Positions 54,923 through 64,000 of a stretch of DNA of 64,000 nt are shown here, piece by piece; position 1 is the stretch's first letter, and every line of letters starts with the position of its first letter. Under the pieces are notes generated by a model. It saw nothing but the letters and a program-made list of their open reading frames with translations. It was not told the DNA's origin and did no database searches. The DNA is from Candidatus Anstonellales archaeon (lineage in GTDB: Archaea; Micrarchaeota; Micrarchaeia; Anstonellales; J096). The stretch is taken from contig JAVYLQ010000001.1 in NCBI GenBank assembly GCA_038740615.1, positions 1 through 64,000 on the forward strand, written 5' to 3'. Made by a program: the position numbers and the translations under genes.

Positions 54923-55342
54923 TTATTTTAGATTATTTTTTAAAAGGTTCAGTAATGCATCTGCACTAATCTCAGAAGGCTGCAATGCTACATCAGTATA
55001 CTTTCCATCTCGGTATATAATATAAGTAGTTTCAATATCAACATTCAATCTCCTTAATCTTTCCATTAGATTTGCCAGACTACCAGGTTTATCCTCCATC
55101 CTAATAACCACTATCTCTTTAGAATCAATACTCTTAATATATGGGATTTTTATCAGCTCTCTCCTAGCAGTATCATGATCTGTGGTTACTAATCTAAACA
55201 CCGCCTCCCAATCGGAAACATAAGCGAATATAGAATCTATATTAATACCTGCTTTTGATAATCTATAGGAAATCTCATGTAATACTCCAACTTTGTTCTC
55301 ACTAACAACCACAAGCTCTTTCTCTTTCCTCACTTTATCCAT
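54923..55342 (-). CDS. tandem ACT-domain protein
   Basis: ENKVGVL..IS..LSKAGINIDSI and EDKPGSLA......NVDIE. Confidence 0.88.
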   Translation of the reverse strand: MDKVRKEKELVVVSENKVGVLHEISYRLSKAGINIDSIFAYVSDWEAVFRLVTTDHDTARRELIKIPYIKSIDSKEIVVIRMEDKPGSLANLMERLRRLNVDIETTYIIYRDGKYTDVALQPSEISADALLNLLKNNLK

Positions 55343-55394
55343 GATTTATAATTGTTAGTTCATATTTTTAAAGCATACTATAATATAGAATATA

Positions 55395-56150
55395 ATGCTA
55401 CTCATACTAGGTCTATTAGCACTATTACTAAGCTCCTATAGCTTGGATGCCGAGTTGTTATCATTAGAGGTTAATGTATATCTAAATCCGGATCTTACAC
55501 TCCAGGTAACAGAACAATACAGGATAATTGTTTATAATATAGAAAAATACGTGGAATTGTCTAGTAGTAAAAATGCTACCATATCAGATTGGAGGGATTT
55601 TATAAATGATCCTAGATTCGGTTTCCATATATCTGGTGATGGGATATTCCGAGAAAATCTACAGATAGATACATCTCAGATATATCTGAAGAATTATAGA
55701 TCTGGTTTTGCAGATATAACTATAAAATATAATATGAAGGGGTTTAATAGAGATTATGGAGTATTCTATGTGAAAAACACTTCTCCAAGATATGAGATCA
55801 TCGAGTTGAATCCAAACTATTTAACATTCACCAGAACAGGTAATAGATATATTCTACTCAGTAGTAGTGAAGCAATAAGATTTAGATTTCATCCTAGCTT
55901 TTCAATAATAGAGATACAACCAGCACCCATATCGGAAGGAGATACGCATACGTGGACAAATACAGTTCTGAATAATCCAAGAATAATTCTAAGGAGATCT
56001 ATATCGTATGATCAATTAGTGATTGAAGGAATATTAGAGATATATTCTAAAGCCCTAACAATATTATCTTCAACTGTATCGATAACATATATAATTATAA
56101 CATTGATATTTATGATATTAACTGTTAAGGTGGTTCGAGATGATAAATAG
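55395..56150 (+). CDS. secreted, C-terminally membrane-anchored protein
   Basis: N-terminal signal peptide, beta-rich body, C-terminal TM helix. Confidence 0.65.
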   Translation: MLLILGLLALLLSSYSLDAELLSLEVNVYLNPDLTLQVTEQYRIIVYNIEKYVELSSSKNATISDWRDFINDPRFGFHISGDGIFRENLQIDTSQIYLKNYRSGFADITIKYNMKGFNRDYGVFYVKNTSPRYEIIELNPNYLTFTRTGNRYILLSSSEAIRFRFHPSFSIIEIQPAPISEGDTHTWTNTVLNNPRIILRRSISYDQLVIEGILEIYSKALTILSSTVSITYIIITLIFMILTVKVVRDDK

Positions 56151-57366
56151 ATCAGAATATAATTTTCTGCTAAAGATCAGTAATGGTCAGTGGTGGAAAG
56201 ATAGTGATATTGATAGCAATTTAGATTTCGTTAGAAGAACCGGATATTTCCTGAGTAGAAAGGGATTAGTTGAAATGCAAGAGCACATTTCTCAAAAAGT
56301 AGAATTAGATAGGAGAGGTTTGGAGGCAAAACAGATTATATTAGGATTAGAAGATGGAACAGATATACAAAATATACCAAGTTACATTATAGGAATTCTT
56401 AAAGAGAGTGGTATGTTAGAGGGTAGAAAGTTCAGAAAAATAGATACTAATTTAGACCAGGTACTCCTGAGAAGATTTGGTAAAGTTATAGATGAAAAAT
56501 ATTATAGCTATAGGATAACAGATCTTGGCAAGAAGATGATCGATAATTGGAAAGAGAGTGAGTATATAATAAGTATAGACTCTCTAAAGAGCCAGAACAT
56601 ACAAATACCTTATATAGATGTGAACACTATAGAAACTATAAATATATCAAGAACACATATCATAACACGATGGAAAAGAAAGATTGCTAAGATATTCTAT
56701 GAACTTGGATTCAAGGAGATGAGCGGAGATTATATACAGATGTCCTTGTGGAATTTTGATGCACTATTTCAACCTCAAGACCATCCATCCAGAGAACTGG
56801 CAGATACATTCTATTTGAGTAGAAAGAGAAGGGCAGATATTGATACATCAATTATACAGAAGGAGCATCAAGAATATTGGAGATATGAATGGGATATATC
56901 TGAAGCAGAGAAATTGGTGCTCAGAACTCATACAACAACGCTATCTGCCATTACATTATATAAAAACAAACATGGTAAATACTTCTCCATAGGCAAGGTT
57001 TTTAGAAATGAGGCAATTGATTACAAACATCTAGCAGAATTTCATCAAATAGAGGGAATAATCGCAGATACTAGCATGAATTTCAACTATCTTCTAGGTT
57101 TTCTTGAAGAGTTCTATAAGAGATTAGGTTTAGAAAGAATTAGATTCAGACCGAGCTATTTCCCTTATACAGAACCCAGTCTAGAGATCGAAGCCTACTT
57201 TCCTCAGAAAGATGCATGGATAGAGGTTGGTGGTGCTGGTATATTCAGAGAACAAGTATCAAAGATACTAGGATGCGTTTATCCTGTAGGAGCATTTGGT
57301 CTAAGTCTAGAGAGAACCATAATGCTGTTTGAGGGTATCGAAGATATTAGATTATTATATGATTAA
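56140..57366 (+). CDS. pheS: phenylalanyl-tRNA synthetase alpha subunit
   Basis: WNFDALFQPQDHPSRELADTFY, LRTHTT, FRNEAID.KHLAEFHQIEG, YFPYTEPS. Confidence 0.97.
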   Translation: MINRSEYNFLLKISNGQWWKDSDIDSNLDFVRRTGYFLSRKGLVEMQEHISQKVELDRRGLEAKQIILGLEDGTDIQNIPSYIIGILKESGMLEGRKFRKIDTNLDQVLLRRFGKVIDEKYYSYRITDLGKKMIDNWKESEYIISIDSLKSQNIQIPYIDVNTIETINISRTHIITRWKRKIAKIFYELGFKEMSGDYIQMSLWNFDALFQPQDHPSRELADTFYLSRKRRADIDTSIIQKEHQEYWRYEWDISEAEKLVLRTHTTTLSAITLYKNKHGKYFSIGKVFRNEAIDYKHLAEFHQIEGIIADTSMNFNYLLGFLEEFYKRLGLERIRFRPSYFPYTEPSLEIEAYFPQKDAWIEVGGAGIFREQVSKILGCVYPVGAFGLSLERTIMLFEGIEDIRLLYD

Positions 57367-58145
57367 ACATCCATAACAATTCTCAACATATTCCTTGTAC
57401 CTACTCCTAATCCTAAAATTGCAGCAATACTCAATATGATTCTCCTATCATCATCATTTAGACCCACTCTCTGATAGTATCGATCAATTACAAATACAAG
57501 AGCTAGTTTAAGAACATAGAACACTAAATATGATAAATTATCCCCTATTAATCCAGATAGCACATGTTTTTCTGCATATTTCCCCACTAGCTCAATTCCT
57601 ATAAAAGTAGATCCACCATCCAAACCTTGCCCAAAATATGCATAGAATTGCAATCCTGTATTCGATAATAGAACAGCTGGAATATATGCCATTACTATAG
57701 CTAGAAAACCCGCAAGATTGTGAATGTTCGGCAATACTAAGAATACGTGAAATGCTAACAAACTATATCCTATAACTGATGTAAGCTTCTTAAGATTATA
57801 TCTCAATTCTAGATAGTAGATAAAAATAAACAGACTTGCCATCACAAGATATATCCCAGGGGTTACATTCCAGAATGAATATTGATATAAACTATATATC
57901 CCATCTGCTCTTTTACCACTATCTACCAGATCCACTATAGCTCTTATAACCCCGCCAGTAATAGCATATGGAATGGCAGAATTAAACATGTCATTATCTA
58001 GCATCTTTATTCCTCTCCTCTGAAAATACTGTGATAGTAAATAGAGGGCAACTATTGCAATAATCGCATATACAATAGTATTGTATATATTATAACTTTC
58101 TCTCATTAATATAGGAGATATAAAATACTTATCTATAAAGTCCAT
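57363..58145 (-). CDS. DUF63-family membrane protein
   Basis: YNIYNTIVYA, GG.IRA..D, VTPGIY, LDG.STF.G, Y.EKHVL, LGLG.G.RN.LR. Confidence 0.8.
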   Translation of the reverse strand: MDFIDKYFISPILMRESYNIYNTIVYAIIAIVALYLLSQYFQRRGIKMLDNDMFNSAIPYAITGGVIRAIVDLVDSGKRADGIYSLYQYSFWNVTPGIYLVMASLFIFIYYLELRYNLKKLTSVIGYSLLAFHVFLVLPNIHNLAGFLAIVMAYIPAVLLSNTGLQFYAYFGQGLDGGSTFIGIELVGKYAEKHVLSGLIGDNLSYLVFYVLKLALVFVIDRYYQRVGLNDDDRRIILSIAAILGLGVGTRNMLRIVMDV

Positions 58146-58147
58146 GT

Positions 58148-59125
58148 TTAAATTCCAGATATCATTTTTAAATATACTAAAACTACCAACCATGCAGATG
58201 TTATAAGTATCTGAGCAAAGATAATTACAAATACCAGATTCTGCTCTGTTATACCTCCCGCTAATTTCATTATCATCTGAGGTAAACTTATAGGTCGGTC
58301 TGGACTGTACAATTTTCCATCAACATATTTCCCCCACCAACCCTTGGATGGAAGCCCATTTAGAATCTTTATTATTCCATCTAATCCATATAGCATGAAT
58401 ATAGGTATAGTCAGAGATTCAAAGTTATCTAATATTAATGCTGTAACTATCAATCCCCCTATAATCAGAGTTCCCGTGTCTCCTGGAAATACTTTGGAAG
58501 GATATCTATTAAATATCAGAAATGCTGTAGACGCACCTAACAGAACTAGACCTGATATAATGATTAGATCCTTACCATATATAAATCCCACTACAATAAG
58601 AAAGATTGAATTTACTATTGCTAATGAATACTCTAGACCATTGAAACCGGCTAAGATATTCGTTAGATTTGCTGCGCCAGTATACATAATTGGCAATACA
58701 AAAAATACATATAAAAATCCCAGATCTATTGTCCCTATCCCCGGAATTGTGATATTAGTATCTATTAAAGAACTATAGATTATTAGAGGAATTGCCCCAA
58801 TTATCGGCAATATAAACTTTACCCATTTGGGGATATCCAGTAGATCATCTATAATCCCTACCAACCCTACCAGAAGGACAGAATATATTAGCACAATAAT
58901 TCTTATATCAAATCCATTGAATACACTATAAATTGCTGCTAAGATAGATAAAGCCAGAGTTATCCCTAACAATACTCCCAATCCCCCCATCTCAGCTACC
59001 TCTGGTTGATCTGGTTTATTCACATCTCTCCCCACTATCCCTTCAGCCTTAAGTCTTGGTATGGCCCATTTTAGAAACAGATAGGTAATAACAAATGATA
59101 TAGGTGCCACCAGATACAATATCAT
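58148..59125 (-). CDS. polyprenyl-phosphate GlcNAc-1-P transferase (AglH/GPT, MraY-WecA family)
   Basis: G.DVNK, VAEMGG, GIIDD, NLTNILAGFNGLE, FNRYPSKVFPGDTG. Confidence 0.92.
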   Translation of the reverse strand: MILYLVAPISFVITYLFLKWAIPRLKAEGIVGRDVNKPDQPEVAEMGGLGVLLGITLALSILAAIYSVFNGFDIRIIVLIYSVLLVGLVGIIDDLLDIPKWVKFILPIIGAIPLIIYSSLIDTNITIPGIGTIDLGFLYVFFVLPIMYTGAANLTNILAGFNGLEYSLAIVNSIFLIVVGFIYGKDLIIISGLVLLGASTAFLIFNRYPSKVFPGDTGTLIIGGLIVTALILDNFESLTIPIFMLYGLDGIIKILNGLPSKGWWGKYVDGKLYSPDRPISLPQMIMKLAGGITEQNLVFVIIFAQILITSAWLVVLVYLKMISGI

Positions 59126-60339
59126 CTGATTTCCCTCAATAATTCTTTAGCATATTCATATGAAAATCTATTATTCTTCACCATTTCATTAACTATTCTA
59201 TCTATCTCCTCTCCCTTAGCACCTACCGAGATAGCTATATTCCTAGCATGCAATTTCATGTGTCCTCTTTGAATACCTTCTATAGCCAGATGATAGTTAG
59301 CTCCAAAATTGTTAGCTAATCCTACTGCAGCCATTAATATAGCAAGATCTCCAGAATTCTTCACATTAGATAATTCCAGCAAAGTTCTAGCATGATTTAG
59401 TGATTTGATACTACCGCCAACAGTACCTACAGCTATAGGAACCTCTATCTTCCCATGTAATTTTCCATCTTCATACCAGAAATTCGTCAGAGACAGTTGG
59501 AAATAATTCGAATATGTGTGTATCGCTGCTTCTATTGCCCTCCAATCCTGACCATAAGCAAGAGCCGCTGCAGATATTCCATTCATTATACCCTTATTAT
59601 AGGTAGTTTTCCTGTAGATATCTGATTGAGCTAGAGATATGACATCTAAGATATCACTAATTGCCTGTTGGTAATCTATTCCTTTACTCTCTATATCAGC
59701 TCTCAGCTTATCCCCCCAACTGGCTCTAACAATAGCTCTTCTATAGATGGATAGATTGGACAGGATTTTGAGAGTTGCTCTTCTTCCAGTGATATTCTGT
59801 ATATCATCGGCGATTTCTTCAAGAAAGGAGTTTACTATGTTTGCGCCCATTGCATCTCCAACGTTTATTCTAAACTCTAATCTAGTGAATTCACCTCTTG
59901 TATTAGCTAGATCATCTACTTTCAAGTCCACAAAACCCCCTCCATACTTCTCCAATCTACGCAATTTCTCTCTCGCCAATTTTTCTATATCTACTAGATG
60001 ATCTCTAATTATCTTTGCAATTGATGGATTAGATTTTATGTACACATGACCTAACATAATAGAACCAGTATATTCTCCAAAGAAGCCATCGGATAGTTTG
60101 AATGCTTTATTAGCTGCAGCTACTACTGATGGTTCCTCTACACTTAAGAAGATGATTCTATCTTGGTTATTTACACTTCCAAAAACAACTCCTAAAGGTA
60201 GAGTAATTCTACCCACGACATTCTCAATCATACTATTCATAGTTTCCAGATCTGTTTCCAGTTCTCCAAACTGTTTACCTACTAAACTCTCCAGATATTC
60301 CCTCCTCTCCTGAATTGACATATCTCTAAACTTTTTCAT
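59122..60339 (-). CDS. mvaA: HMG-CoA reductase, class II (bacterial-type)
   Basis: IENVVG, EEPSVVAA, GDAMGAN, ILSNL, TYNKGIMNG, GQDWRAIEA, EGIQRGHMKLH. Confidence 0.95.
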   Translation of the reverse strand: MKKFRDMSIQERREYLESLVGKQFGELETDLETMNSMIENVVGRITLPLGVVFGSVNNQDRIIFLSVEEPSVVAAANKAFKLSDGFFGEYTGSIMLGHVYIKSNPSIAKIIRDHLVDIEKLAREKLRRLEKYGGGFVDLKVDDLANTRGEFTRLEFRINVGDAMGANIVNSFLEEIADDIQNITGRRATLKILSNLSIYRRAIVRASWGDKLRADIESKGIDYQQAISDILDVISLAQSDIYRKTTYNKGIMNGISAAALAYGQDWRAIEAAIHTYSNYFQLSLTNFWYEDGKLHGKIEVPIAVGTVGGSIKSLNHARTLLELSNVKNSGDLAILMAAVGLANNFGANYHLAIEGIQRGHMKLHARNIAISVGAKGEEIDRIVNEMVKNNRFSYEYAKELLREIR

Positions 60340-60860
60340 CTTTCCAGATACACCTCAGTATTATAATCGATAGATAGAGTATTAGAGTTATACACAGCAT
60401 TTTTGATTATAATCTCTCTATTTATATATCTAGATAGAGTATCTAACCATCCGTCAGATATCTTCAGATTTATCTCTCGCTTTCTAGTCTTAAGTTTCAT
60501 TATTCCATTATCGATTATAAGCTTTCCCTTTAGTATTGGAATAATTCCGTCGCTAATCTTTATCTTCATAGGTTTCCTATCAATCATAAGTTCGCCCCTA
60601 ACAATCAGAGTATTATTTTTCTTGTAGAAATTCCTAAACCATATTATATCTCCTTCAAGAATATGTAACGATATCCCTTGGATCTTACATAAAAACCCGT
60701 CCCCAAAAACCATAATGTAATCTGGCTTTTCAATAATTTTCTCAACCTTAATATGAGTGTAAACTCTGTACTTTGCATCAGGAAAATTGATCAGAGTAGC
60801 CGGGGAGATAACCTTGGGAGCCAGTCGCATCATGTCAAAATAGCTATCAATATCCATCAT
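60336..60860 (-). CDS. putative tandem OB-fold protein
   Basis: Beta-rich; EGDII.FRN.Y and IIIKNA.Y resemble OB-fold strands. Confidence 0.45.
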   Translation of the reverse strand: MMDIDSYFDMMRLAPKVISPATLINFPDAKYRVYTHIKVEKIIEKPDYIMVFGDGFLCKIQGISLHILEGDIIWFRNFYKKNNTLIVRGELMIDRKPMKIKISDGIIPILKGKLIIDNGIMKLKTRKREINLKISDGWLDTLSRYINREIIIKNAVYNSNTLSIDYNTEVYLER

Positions 60861-60884
60861 TAACTTAACAGATTCAAAAAGCTA

Positions 60885-60890
60885 TTTAAA
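60885..60890. promoter_or_regulatory. palindromic TATA-like box shared by the OB-fold/HMGR operon and the first PvcA-like gene
   Basis: TTTAAA 24 and 21 nt from the two start codons. Confidence 0.6.
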
Positions 60891-60911
60891 AATATTTGAT
60901 TAGAATTAGCT

Positions 60912-61817
60912 ATGGATAGAAAAATCACAAACTACGTACCTTTTCAGACGCCAATAGCAAGGCTAAAATCCATCCAGAGACAATCAATAATGAAAAGATA
61001 CAATAAACTTGAGGATTTTCAGATATCTATATTTGATCTGAGAGATATGATTGAGAGGTTGATAAGAGATGTTAGAATTGAATATCCTTCGAATATAAAT
61101 AATAGAAAAATAGCATTCTTTTTCTATATCGCTAAAATAAGAAATTTTCTGAAGAGCGAGAGTTTTTTACCCGATCTAACTATGCTAACGTTTCTTGAAT
61201 CACTATCCAGATCTGCTAAGAATGGTAATAAATTTGTAATAATTGTGGAAAATGAATTTTTTGATCCGAATGTTCTAAACATCTCTTACAATACCTACTC
61301 TCAATCAATGAAATGGATTGACCTATTCAGAGAATTTGATTTCTTCAAGAACCTAGAATTCATATCGATGGCGGAATTAAATGAGGATATAGAAGATTTT
61401 GAAATAGTATTCGAAGAGACCAAATCAGAGATATCTGTAAATAGAGATGATGAAGTTTATAGAGTACTAAGAGATTCTGTGAGTTTTAAAAGTCTAGATC
61501 ATGCTCTGAAGTATTACTCTAAGGAGAGTACTCTAACTAGAGTTGATAAAATATATATAAACTATATGTCTTTCATTGAAGCTAGAGCCAAAGTGGATTA
61601 TTGGAATAGATTAATTTCTAAATATAAGTGGGTTAGAGCTACTGTTAGTAAAAAACAGGGAATAGTGTATATAGAACCTACTGTCTTCAATATTCCTGCT
61701 GCACATTCCATATTTAATGCAAGGGTTCTAAGAGATAGTTACCTGATTGATGAACTCTACTATAAAAAAATAAACTACAGGGTAAAAGTTGATAATAATG
61801 TAATGTATTATTTCTGA
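60912..61817 (+). CDS. divergent PvcA/Dit1 (isonitrile synthase)-fold protein
   Basis: IAFFFYIAKIRNFLKSESFLPDL..L.FL, GNKFVIIVENEFF, VRATVSKK, PAAHSI parallel the PvcA motifs in order. Confidence 0.55.
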   Translation: MDRKITNYVPFQTPIARLKSIQRQSIMKRYNKLEDFQISIFDLRDMIERLIRDVRIEYPSNINNRKIAFFFYIAKIRNFLKSESFLPDLTMLTFLESLSRSAKNGNKFVIIVENEFFDPNVLNISYNTYSQSMKWIDLFREFDFFKNLEFISMAELNEDIEDFEIVFEETKSEISVNRDDEVYRVLRDSVSFKSLDHALKYYSKESTLTRVDKIYINYMSFIEARAKVDYWNRLISKYKWVRATVSKKQGIVYIEPTVFNIPAAHSIFNARVLRDSYLIDELYYKKINYRVKVDNNVMYYF

Positions 61818-62884
61818 GACTGTTTATCAATGGTGGTCTTCTTGAAAATGTGCTCAAATAATGAGATTGTATCTAGATCCTCTGTAAATGTAAATACACC
61901 AACTTTTACATTTCCATCACTCATAATATGATGGTAAACTCTCATACCCTTTTCTTTTATAGATGTAAACAGATCGATGAGGGGAACTACATATAGAGAA
62001 CTATTCTTGAATACTGCTACACCATAATTAGGATTCCTATCCCCAGGTGTCTTGAGTTCATATCTATCGTGCTCTCTCTTACCAGTAATAGTTATGTGCA
62101 ATAGTTCTTTAGGTATCTCTCTAAGTTCTCCAAGTACAAGAGACTGAGCAGCTATTAGGTATCTTGTTATAGTATCGGCTAATTCTGGATCATCTACCCA
62201 TCTATTAACTCGTTCTCTTATTATATTATAATTTTGATGACTCTGGTCTATCTGCCTGAACCTATTTAATATCTTATCCTCAACATTTGTCTCATCTTTT
62301 AGCCATTTGATATTATCACAATACATTACTTCATATTTTTCAGTATGTTCAATATTATATTTGGATTTAAGTTCCTTTACGTCCTTATCATCTACAGGAG
62401 ATCTGAGTATTGGATATCTATGTTGATTTTCATTCCAATCCTTCAAGATATATCTGCTCTCATCAGCTACAATCAATCTCTTTCCTGCCAATTGTGCAAA
62501 CAGGGCAAACTTGGTGTAGAGTAAATAATCTAACACAGACATTATACCTAACAGATCATAAGTTGAAACATGTGGGGCAACAGCTTTGGAGTAATAGAAT
62601 AGAATAAATCCTTCCCTATCCAGATCTTCGTCTTTTATCTCCCCAGAATCTTTCATCTTACCCCAGTTTAGAAATCTGGCCTTCTTATGTTTAATCTGCT
62701 TTTCACTAATCGGTTGATATTGATTGAGAGCATGAATTATTATGCCTTTTAGTACAGAACTGGGGGAAATATCTTGCTCTATAGTAATTATTCTTCCCTC
62801 CTTAACCAGCTTGCAATACTGTTCTTTGATCTGCTCTTTCTTCTCGCTTAAATAACTCTGATACTTTTCTAAAATTTCTTTCAT
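61808..62884 (-). CDS. second divergent PvcA/Dit1-fold protein
   Basis: FILFYYSKA, GKRLIVADESRY, LHITITGK, NPNYGVAV parallel the PvcA motifs in order. Confidence 0.45.
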   Translation of the reverse strand: MKEILEKYQSYLSEKKEQIKEQYCKLVKEGRIITIEQDISPSSVLKGIIIHALNQYQPISEKQIKHKKARFLNWGKMKDSGEIKDEDLDREGFILFYYSKAVAPHVSTYDLLGIMSVLDYLLYTKFALFAQLAGKRLIVADESRYILKDWNENQHRYPILRSPVDDKDVKELKSKYNIEHTEKYEVMYCDNIKWLKDETNVEDKILNRFRQIDQSHQNYNIIRERVNRWVDDPELADTITRYLIAAQSLVLGELREIPKELLHITITGKREHDRYELKTPGDRNPNYGVAVFKNSSLYVVPLIDLFTSIKEKGMRVYHHIMSDGNVKVGVFTFTEDLDTISLFEHIFKKTTIDKQSQK

Positions 62885-62906
62885 ATTTATATTTACATAG
62901 ATATGT

Positions 62907-63494
62907 TTAAAAATTATTAAGTTTATTGTTTTTGAGAGTTCTATAAGTAGACCATTTCTTCCGTATGTATCTTTCCAAATCTCTGAAATTCTGAGGATCT
63001 TTCAGGAACTCAATTGTTCTTGGGTCGGAAGGATACCCACTACCGAAATCACCGTATCTTGCATGCAATTCATCAATATATCTATCTCGATATACTTTAG
63101 CAACTATACTAGCAGCACTCACTATGGGGTATTTAGAATCTGCTTTGTAGTCAGCAATCACATATCTACCTAGTTTTTTTAGAGATAATGGGTCCATAAA
63201 TGCATCTATATATATCCCATCATACTCTCCCCGATCTTGCAACCATTCTTGGATCTTCCTATACTCTAATCGATTTATATTTTCCCTATCAATCTCCCAG
63301 GGTTCTATCTTTATATGATCTACAAGATCGGCCTGCTCTACAATCTCTTGAAACAGATTCTCTCTTTGCTGTCTACTAAGCTCTTTAGAATCACGAACAG
63401 CAGAACGTAGAGGGGAGGATATCTCAACCAATCCAATAACCAGAGGACCTATTAGTGCCCCTCTACCAGCCTCATCTATTCCAAGCAATCTCAA
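62907..63494 (-). CDS. rnhB: ribonuclease HII
   Basis: GIDEAGRG..IGP, DSK.LS, KAD..Y..VSAASIVAKV.RD, GSGYPSDP; TTG start. Confidence 0.96.
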   Translation of the reverse strand: MRLLGIDEAGRGALIGPLVIGLVEISSPLRSAVRDSKELSRQQRENLFQEIVEQADLVDHIKIEPWEIDRENINRLEYRKIQEWLQDRGEYDGIYIDAFMDPLSLKKLGRYVIADYKADSKYPIVSAASIVAKVYRDRYIDELHARYGDFGSGYPSDPRTIEFLKDPQNFRDLERYIRKKWSTYRTLKNNKLNNF

Positions 63495-63496
63495 AT

Positions 63497-63775
63497 CTAT
63501 TTCTGCCCTGTGATCAAGAATCTCTGATCTACAATAACGTAATCTCTTGCAGCTAATACTGCATCAAAAGGCAATTTGATTTTACCATCCTCAACTTTTA
63601 TCTTATTTTCATTCTTGTAAAGGAAATTCTCATTTGGATCAACAATTATATATAGCAATTTTCCAGTCTTGGTATCAAATTCTATATCTAACAGATTCCC
63701 CACCTCTTCTCCATTAGTAGCAACAATCTTCTTACCTGGAAGATTTTTTGCAGTTATTATTCCCATTAAGCTCAC
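63497..63775 (-). CDS. PRC-barrel protein (CdpB-like cell division family)
   Basis: L.GKKIV..NGEEVG.L.DI.FD.KTGKL, LPFDAV.A.RDYVIV; start may be ATG 63766. Confidence 0.85.
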   Translation of the reverse strand: MSLMGIITAKNLPGKKIVATNGEEVGNLLDIEFDTKTGKLLYIIVDPNENFLYKNENKIKVEDGKIKLPFDAVLAARDYVIVDQRFLITGQK

Positions 63776-63828
63776 CTATATTAAGATTTAACTAACTATT
63801 TTTAAATTTATTTATACTTAATCAAATC

Positions 63829-64000
63829 ATGGCGAATGTAAGAGTAAAGTATCTATCAAGAGATGATATGGAACTATTGAATAATCTTGGATTTCCATCC
63901 GAAGATGGTATTGTAGAGGTCACTCCAAATAGACCAGATATGTTAAGCGAAGTGGGGATAAGAAGGGTAATCGATCTGTACAGAGGCAAGAAAATATCTC
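63829..64000 (+). CDS. pheT: phenylalanyl-tRNA synthetase beta subunit, 3'-truncated by window end
   Basis: MANVRV...EVTPNRPDMLSEVGIRR; not in ORF track. Confidence 0.88.
   Translation, partial: MANVRVKYLSRDDMELLNNLGFPSEDGIVEVTPNRPDMLSEVGIRRVIDLYRGKKIS

Noticed and set aside
54923..55342. ACT protein as the detached regulatory domain of the RelA/SpoT-like gene
   Set aside because: More than 5 kb away on the opposite strand, and it matches the common stand-alone tandem-ACT family.

Overview
AT-rich, very densely packed archaeal chromosome segment. Gene content and protein divergence point to a streamlined DPANN archaeon, most consistent with a Micrarchaeota-like and probably thermophilic lineage (inference from unsplit RpoB, split RpoA, exosome, fibrillarin, aRF1, aIF5B, AGOG and shortened housekeeping proteins). 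Most of the window is core machinery: EF-2/aRF1, rps13-rps4-rps11-rpoD, an RNAP operon joined to the SBDS-exosome-rpl37Ae cluster, rps12-rps7, ThrRS/GlyRS/PheRS, FtsZ, SRP54, a type IV pilus ATPase with two platform proteins, and two mevalonate-pathway enzymes. RNA genes are tRNA-Thr(GGT), an intron-containing tRNA-Tyr(GTA), a stand-alone 5S rRNA and a C/D-box sRNA. No CRISPR array, IS element or provirus was seen. Best leads, all from motif recognition by eye and needing HMM or structure confirmation: a convergent pair of highly divergent PvcA/Dit1 (isonitrile-synthase-fold) proteins; a RelA/SpoT-like protein with a degenerate hydrolase domain; two lytic-transglycosylase-fold proteins (one apparently active, one pseudo-enzyme); a cysteine-free RpoP candidate missing from the ORF track; a non-catalytic EndA-like subunit; and repeated 51-54 bp bidirectional promoters centred on TTTAAA.
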